From an uncultured Candidatus Saccharibacteria bacterium (GTDB taxonomy: Bacteria > Patescibacteriota > CALEFQ01): a DNA stretch of 64,000 nt. The DNA is taken from contig OZ246404.1 in NCBI GenBank assembly GCA_965230955.1, positions 417,184 to 481,183 of the forward strand, read 5' to 3'. Of this stretch, positions 58,687 through 64,000 are shown piece by piece (the stretch's first letter is position 1; every line of letters begins with the position of its first letter). The position numbers and the translations under genes are program-made. The notes beneath the pieces were generated by a model that was not told the DNA's origin, did no database searches, and worked only from the letters and a program-made list of their open reading frames with translations.

Positions 58687-60201
58687 ATGAAACGGATGTT
58701 GTTGCTTGTAACGCTACTGGCGGTGTTCACCAGTATGTCGTCTGCTTTTGAGCAGAAAGATTTCTTCCGAAACCCGATCGGTCGCGACATTCACTGGACA
58801 GACTTGGCCAATCTCATGAAAATGAGTGAAGCGCAAGTCAAAGACCTGGCTCCGGTCAACCGGAAATCAGGGCTTCGCTCGGGTGAATGGATCGCCAACC
58901 ACGACTTGGGCATCGGCCCATACTTCGCTTGGTATTACCATATGGGTGATCAGGCGAAAGTCGGCCTGGAGCAACAGTTGAAAGGGTTGCCAAAAGAAAT
59001 TCGAACAACGGTACAAACCTTGATCGAGAAAAAGGTGGAACCGAAAAAATCGACCCTAAAATGGGGCGATCATCTCCTGTGGATGGCTTTTCAAAAAGGC
59101 CGTAAGCCATTTTTCGTCGAAGATGTGGTGTGTCTGTTCCAAAACCCCGCGACCGGCAAGATGATTGCTGAGATTCCGGTCTATATCTGGGAAGGAACTG
59201 GGATCGGTTATGCGCAAGGATGTTTCAATATCTTTGCTCTGCCTGATATCCCAAAATCGCTGGCCACACCTGAAGCGGAAATGGCCATACCGACTCCTGA
59301 ACCGACCGATACACCTCAACCAGAACCGACCAAGGCTCCAATCAAAGCTGACGAGCCGTCTGTAAACCCCCTGTGGGGTCAAGGCGTGCTCTGGCTCGTG
59401 CCGGAGTATGTTTCAGCTGAATCCCTTGATCAGTTCAATTTTTACGGCGGCCTCGAATGGCGTCGAAAGTTGAGTAACAGTCTTCAGTGGACTGTTAGAG
59501 GCGAAGTCGGACCTGGCTGGAATTTTCCAGAAGAAGGTCCGGAAACAATGGCCCAAACTTCTTCACTGAGAACCGGCCTGCGTTTTCGCTTGATCGACAA
59601 AGCCCCAGCCGGCCTCGACATCGAGGTTGGCGCGCTGGGATGGTTTCATTCGGAACATTATTCTATGTTCCGGTGGGACAATGGTCCGAGCTATCTCGAA
59701 GGCGACCCCACGGAAATTTCCGGAGGCGGATACGCCAGATTGCTCGGAAAGAGTAAGAACGAGACCTATTACGAATTCGAGTATCGAAATGCCGGAAAAG
59801 AAAGCTCTATTTCCGGAAATCTCTCGACCGAACCGAAAAGGTTTTATGGCGAGATCGGCGGGAGTGTGTCCGACTATTCCGAGCTCGATGATGACGGGAT
59901 TGTTTACCGTCAAGAAGGTACGTTTACCGAATACCACGCGAAGGCGGGGTACAAGGTAGCAGTGAAACGGCCGTTCATCATCGCCGCCACGTACCAAACA
60001 TGGAAATACAGCTCCGATGTTTGGGAAATTGACTGGTCCGGCCCCGGGCTGTATATTGAAAGCCGCTTTGACCCAAAAGGTCATTGGCGGGCAAAAGTTC
60101 ATGCCATATATTTCAACGACCGGAAGGACGGACCTCCGGACGAACCGAAAAACGAAAAACACGAGATCCGAGTCCAGGCTGGACTGACGTACTCGTGGTA
60201 A
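58687..60201 (+). CDS. Hypothetical secreted protein, OMP-like beta-barrel candidate (C-terminal beta-signal ...GLTYSW)
   Basis: Signal peptide, a PTPEPTDTPQPEPTKAP linker, alternating amphipathic beta-strand patterns and a terminal aromatic residue. A GGAGG RBS precedes the ATG at 58687. Codon usage is C-ending, unlike the rest of the window. Confidence 0.45.
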   Translation: MKRMLLLVTLLAVFTSMSSAFEQKDFFRNPIGRDIHWTDLANLMKMSEAQVKDLAPVNRKSGLRSGEWIANHDLGIGPYFAWYYHMGDQAKVGLEQQLKGLPKEIRTTVQTLIEKKVEPKKSTLKWGDHLLWMAFQKGRKPFFVEDVVCLFQNPATGKMIAEIPVYIWEGTGIGYAQGCFNIFALPDIPKSLATPEAEMAIPTPEPTDTPQPEPTKAPIKADEPSVNPLWGQGVLWLVPEYVSAESLDQFNFYGGLEWRRKLSNSLQWTVRGEVGPGWNFPEEGPETMAQTSSLRTGLRFRLIDKAPAGLDIEVGALGWFHSEHYSMFRWDNGPSYLEGDPTEISGGGYARLLGKSKNETYYEFEYRNAGKESSISGNLSTEPKRFYGEIGGSVSDYSELDDDGIVYRQEGTFTEYHAKAGYKVAVKRPFIIAATYQTWKYSSDVWEIDWSGPGLYIESRFDPKGHWRAKVHAIYFNDRKDGPPDEPKNEKHEIRVQAGLTYSW

Positions 60202-60225
60202 CCTCTTAGAAAGGGAGGGTGTGCG

Positions 60226-60699
60226 ATGAAACACTTTGCAATTTTAATGGTTCTGGCTCTGGTGGCCCCCTTCGCGTTTTCGGCCGATGCTGAAGTTCCG
60301 GCGCCGAGCAACTTCGAGAACACTACTCCGATCGGCTACCTTTATATGCCGGTTGATCGGGAGGCTGCTCTCACAGTTGAAAAAGATTTGCCAAGTATGG
60401 CTTATCGAGCCGACTTCGCAAATTTGCCGGAGAAGACCGCTGTTGCATCCTGGGGTGAACCGGTAGTCGTCTACCAGGAAGCCGGAGTCCCTCATGTTTT
60501 ACTCCAGGTTTCCGGAGGTGAGTTTCCGGAAGGCACGGAAATGTATCTGGCGGGGATCTACGGTTGGCCCGAGACGAGTGACTACGTGATGTTTCCCAAA
60601 GCTGTCGTCAAAGACGGCAAAGTGGACTTCACTGTGGTCGACCAGAAAGGGAAACCTTTCAACCGAGCTTCGAAGTTCGCCGCCTTCAAGCTCCGCTAG
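60226..60699 (+). CDS. Hypothetical small secreted protein
   Basis: Signal peptide (AFSADA cleavage-site-like), a GGAGGG RBS, and the same atypical codon usage as the upstream gene. Confidence 0.4.
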   Translation: MKHFAILMVLALVAPFAFSADAEVPAPSNFENTTPIGYLYMPVDREAALTVEKDLPSMAYRADFANLPEKTAVASWGEPVVVYQEAGVPHVLLQVSGGEFPEGTEMYLAGIYGWPETSDYVMFPKAVVKDGKVDFTVVDQKGKPFNRASKFAAFKLR

Positions 60700-60774
60700 A
60701 GAACATCGGCGCAACGACCGGACTTAATCAAGACGCAAGTCAAGATTGAGTCCGGTCTCTTTTTTTACTCTAAA

Positions 60775-61235
60775 TCTATGATTCAATTGGCGAGGGCATT
60801 AATGCCCTCGCCAATTGCGATGATGGATTTTTTGTATTTTTATATACTGCATCACGCGTCCCACTTGGTCAGGCGATACACTAATTACTGTATAACTCTC
60901 TTGCCAATAATTCCGGCTGGCCATGGTATTAATACCATGGCCAGCACTAGCTAGTTTTCGCGCTGATCTCCCTTTGGCTAAATGCATAAAGCTGGCCACG
61001 CTAGTTATGGGTCGAAGCCTAACTAAAATATGGATATGATCCCAGGCAGAATTTAAACAAATCAGTTTTCCCTTTAATTCACCGGCTAATTTGCTGATTA
61101 TTTCTCTGATTGTGTTTTCGGCCGAGTAACTAATGACTGGTTTGCGATACTTTGTGGTCCAGAAAATATGATAGTAAATTTGACTAAATGACCGTGGCAT
61201 AAAAAAACCTCCTTCGTGGAGGGTTTTAACGGTAG
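60775..61235 (-). mobile_element. IS200/IS605-family (Y1 HUH transposase-only) insertion sequence with terminal hairpins
   Basis: tnpA is flanked by a perfect palindrome CAATTGGCGAGGGCATTAATGCCCTCGCCAATTG (60784-60817) that overlaps its 3' end. An upstream hairpin AAACCTCCTTCGTGGAGGGTTT (61204-61228) contains the tnpA RBS, as in IS200. Element boundaries are approximate. Confidence 0.6.
60799..61200 (-). CDS. tnpA: IS200-like transposase TnpA (Y1 HUH endonuclease)
   Basis: A 133-aa protein with YHIFWTTKYRKPVI, the HuH motif DHIHILV, and a C-terminal YWQESYTV block that parallels the IS200 TnpA YW..GY.V block. Confidence 0.7.
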   Translation of the reverse strand: MPRSFSQIYYHIFWTTKYRKPVISYSAENTIREIISKLAGELKGKLICLNSAWDHIHILVRLRPITSVASFMHLAKGRSARKLASAGHGINTMASRNYWQESYTVISVSPDQVGRVMQYIKIQKIHHRNWRGH

Positions 61236-61248
61236 TAAAAATTAATAG

Positions 61249-62793
61249 TTATCTCTTTTTTGCAGGGTCATTAATACTCTCGCCATTATGGCGCATTGTT
61301 TGTTTTGGCGCAACGGATTGTGCCAACACCACCGCCACCGCACTCCACATCGCCCACTGCAGGGCGGTCATGCGCAAAATATTATCCCCAAAACTCATGG
61401 CAAAAATAGCAATCAGGGTCGCGGCTAGGATTATGGCCGCTTTTTTATTTTCATTAGCGCTATCGCGGGCTGTCCGGATCACTCGGGTGACGGTGCTGAT
61501 GATCAAGAATAGATAAGCGGCCAAACCGGAGAGGCCGGTTTCGATCAGCAACATCACATAATCATTGTGAGCTTCCAGCGGTTGCTCCAAATATCCATGG
61601 ACGACCAGGCTGGTGGGCACATACATGCCGAGGCCGTGTCCGAGCAGGGGCTTGGCGGGGAATGCTTGAATCAATAAATCGCTCCACATCTGGATCCGCC
61701 AGGATACCGATGTGACTTGGCCATTGCCGGAATCAAACACAGAGATAAATCGCTGGTAAAGTTCCGTCCGGGTAATATTGAATTCCGAAATGCGCGTGGT
61801 CTGACTGCTAAACAGGATGAACAGTCCCAGGACCAGCGCGACAATTACTAAAAAAATAACAAATTTACGTTTCCATTTCATGATTCCTAGTACCAGCACA
61901 ACTACACCCAGTGCCAGCCAGGCGCCGCGCGTGTAAGTAAAATAGAGCAAGGTCAGAGCCGGTACGACCAAGCAAATCAACCAAAGTTTACTGACTTTCA
62001 ACCCGGCAAGATCTAAAAAATTGCCAGGTTTCCGCGTCTCGGGAAATTTGATGGAATTCGGGGTGTAAACTCGCGCGGAAGGAATCGGGGCCTTTACTGC
62101 TTGGCTTTTGGGCCAAGCCAAAATAAATACCAAAGCGAGAACGAGCACCAAATAAAAAGCCAAGGAATTGGGATGGGCAAATGTCCCCGGGATCCGATTC
62201 AGATCGGTGGAAATTTCATAGACGCCTTGGCCGTTCATGATCTGGCTAAAGCCGACTGCGAGGGGGATGACGGCGGAAACTAAAATGGCCGTGAAAATAA
62301 TCCGGCCGTTTTTAGTCTTGCTTGTCAGGTCAAAGGCCACAAGGAAGATCGCAAAAATCGAAAGCAGTCGGATCCACTCGGTCAGTGATGCGAAGCGGTC
62401 GTCTGAAACAATGATGGAGACAGCAGTCACCCCCAGAAAAATCAACCAAGGCCAGAGCAAGGGAATTTTACCGAACGATGTTTTGTTTTTCAGTAAATAA
62501 TAAACACTCCAAGCAATAACCAGTATCGCCAAAATAGCAGCCAGGTTGATAGTCAGGTCGCGGCTGATCGTGATGGCCAGGTTTTGTCCTAATATATCGA
62601 GCGAGGGGCGAATGATCAGCAAGATGATCAAGCCCCAGATGGGGCGGAGGAACATGATCGGCAATAGGATACATAAAAACCCCAGAGCGATATAGACCGA
62701 AAGCTCCAGGTTGAGCGCGGCAATTAGGCCGATGATGGCGCCGAGCCCGATAAGAATGATCCAGGATAGAGGTTTTTTGATACTGACTGTCAT
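61249..62793 (-). CDS. O-antigen ligase/polymerase-like (Wzy_C/WaaL family) polytopic membrane protein
   Basis: About 12 TM helices and a large external loop with an O-antigen-ligase-like YTRGAWLALGVVVL block. Confidence 0.55.
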   Translation of the reverse strand: MTVSIKKPLSWIILIGLGAIIGLIAALNLELSVYIALGFLCILLPIMFLRPIWGLIILLIIRPSLDILGQNLAITISRDLTINLAAILAILVIAWSVYYLLKNKTSFGKIPLLWPWLIFLGVTAVSIIVSDDRFASLTEWIRLLSIFAIFLVAFDLTSKTKNGRIIFTAILVSAVIPLAVGFSQIMNGQGVYEISTDLNRIPGTFAHPNSLAFYLVLVLALVFILAWPKSQAVKAPIPSARVYTPNSIKFPETRKPGNFLDLAGLKVSKLWLICLVVPALTLLYFTYTRGAWLALGVVVLVLGIMKWKRKFVIFLVIVALVLGLFILFSSQTTRISEFNITRTELYQRFISVFDSGNGQVTSVSWRIQMWSDLLIQAFPAKPLLGHGLGMYVPTSLVVHGYLEQPLEAHNDYVMLLIETGLSGLAAYLFLIISTVTRVIRTARDSANENKKAAIILAATLIAIFAMSFGDNILRMTALQWAMWSAVAVVLAQSVAPKQTMRHNGESINDPAKKR

Positions 62794-62947
62794 ATTTGCT
62801 TAGACGAATTGACAAAAACATTATATCATATCCAGCATAGGACTTGATACCGTTTCTCGATAATGGCTTAGCCGTAATTTATTTTCGAACCGTTCCCGAA
62901 GGGGTTCCCAGGTGAGAAAATAAATTACGGCTAAGCAAGGCAAGTAA

Positions 62948-63844
62948 TTGATGAAAATAAGCGTAATTATTCCGACTAAAGATCGCCCTAAAGAGCTGGA
63001 GCGGACGCTCTACTCGATTCTGTCGCAAACTCGCCTTCCGGACGAGTTAATTATTATTGATGACGGGAAACTTGATCAGGCTTTTCTGGGCAAGATATTA
63101 GCTAATAAGATTGTCTATAAGTATTTTCGCAAAAGCGAGCCGGGACTGGTCAGGTCGCGTTTAAAAGGGTTGGAATTGGCGACGGGTGAAATAATTTCGT
63201 TCTTGGACGATGACGTAAAATTGGATTTTCGTTATTTCTCCGAAATTGAAAAAACTTTTGTTCAGGACACTGCTGGAAAAATCAAGGCGGTGGGAGGATT
63301 TGTCGTGCTTGATGATAATCAAAAACTTCGCCGGGCCAAACAAGCGTTGGAGCGTTTTTTTCTACAGCGCGGGCCCGAGGGATCGGTCCTGCCGACGACG
63401 GCCAATACCTTCGTCGAAGGTCGGCCGATCAATGACTTGTCGGTCGATTGGCTGCCCGGGTGTAATATGAATTTTCGCCGAGAAATTTTCGCCAAAGAAA
63501 GTTTCGATACTTTTTTTACCGAATACGGTCTGGGGGAAGACCTGGAGTTCACATATCGTTTAAAGACGAAGGGGTATATGCTGGTGATTACGCCTCGGGC
63601 GACGCTCAAACATTATTTTTCTCCGGTCGGCCGGCTACAGCAAAAAAAACTGGGATATATGATTACGCGCAATCACCGTTATATTTTCAAAAAACTGATA
63701 CCTCAAAGTTTCGAAACTAAAACTAAATTCGGTTGGTATTTGTTTGGTTGGCTGGTGATAGAGTGTTTGAACAAATTAACAGATCCGGCAGTCAATCGCG
63801 GGGGCAGGATTTACGGCTTGTGGCGGGGAATATTCTCTGAATGA
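62948..63844 (+). CDS. Family-2 glycosyltransferase
   Basis: N-terminal ISVIIPTKDR and DxD (LDDD) motifs; a terminator hairpin follows at 63856-63885. Confidence 0.75.
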   Translation: MMKISVIIPTKDRPKELERTLYSILSQTRLPDELIIIDDGKLDQAFLGKILANKIVYKYFRKSEPGLVRSRLKGLELATGEIISFLDDDVKLDFRYFSEIEKTFVQDTAGKIKAVGGFVVLDDNQKLRRAKQALERFFLQRGPEGSVLPTTANTFVEGRPINDLSVDWLPGCNMNFRREIFAKESFDTFFTEYGLGEDLEFTYRLKTKGYMLVITPRATLKHYFSPVGRLQQKKLGYMITRNHRYIFKKLIPQSFETKTKFGWYLFGWLVIECLNKLTDPAVNRGGRIYGLWRGIFSE

Positions 63845-64000
63845 TCGTTTCATCGATTTAGGGGCGGCCACGGCCGCCCTTTTTTGAGCAAATAAATAAG
63901 CCCTCACTACGATGTAGCGAGGGCTTTGTCTTGCCGGTTGTTACGGTCGGTAGTTGTACAGGACAACTCCTTGTCGCGCGGGTAGGATGATTTGTTTGGC

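Noticed and set aside
60921-60950. Palindrome CTGGCCATGGTATTAATACCATGGCCAG inside tnpA, considered as an IS end
   Set aside because: It lies within the tnpA coding sequence and is more likely an internal structure; the terminal hairpins at 60784-60817 and 61204-61228 fit IS200 architecture better.

Overview
The window is a 64-kb stretch of a compact bacterial genome with about 50% GC and very short intergenic spacers. It is mostly core genes, largely on the + strand. Gene content suggests a reduced-genome lineage, possibly a Patescibacteria/CPR-type organism; this is an inference, not shown by the sequence. Core genes identified from motifs: a truncated MreB plus a second complete mreB-mreC-mreD-PBP2 rod cluster, holB, frr, rseP, proS, rdgB-like, purB, greA, lysS, serS, cmk, gdhA, ftsQ-like plus sbp (DUF1290), rplU, recR, ybaB, dnaB, dus, cysS, dnaX, tRNA-Gln(UUG), mutM, a superoxide reductase, an IscU-like scaffold, a DacA-like PBP and an HtrA-like protease. 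Accessory content is a surface-glycan toolkit: GT4, two GT2 (one processive with a QxxRW motif), a WecA/MraY-family transferase, GtrA, Wzz-like, an O-antigen-ligase-like protein, a LysM-SLT transglycosylase, a CDP-alcohol phosphatidyltransferase, and NHL- and BNR-repeat secreted proteins. The most interesting items are: (1) a roughly 440-nt promoter-to-terminator transcript with no credible ORF, a candidate structured ncRNA; (2) an orphan TraD/VirD4-like coupling-ATPase operon; (3) a codon-atypical islet encoding an OMP-like beta-barrel candidate and a small secreted protein next to an IS200-type element whose RBS sits in a hairpin; (4) a family of intergenic palindromes built from tandem 7-8-mers; (5) a GC-rich scrambled tRNA-Gln-derived segment directly upstream of the intact tRNA-Gln; and (6) an HtrA-like protease with Thr in place of the nucleophile Ser.
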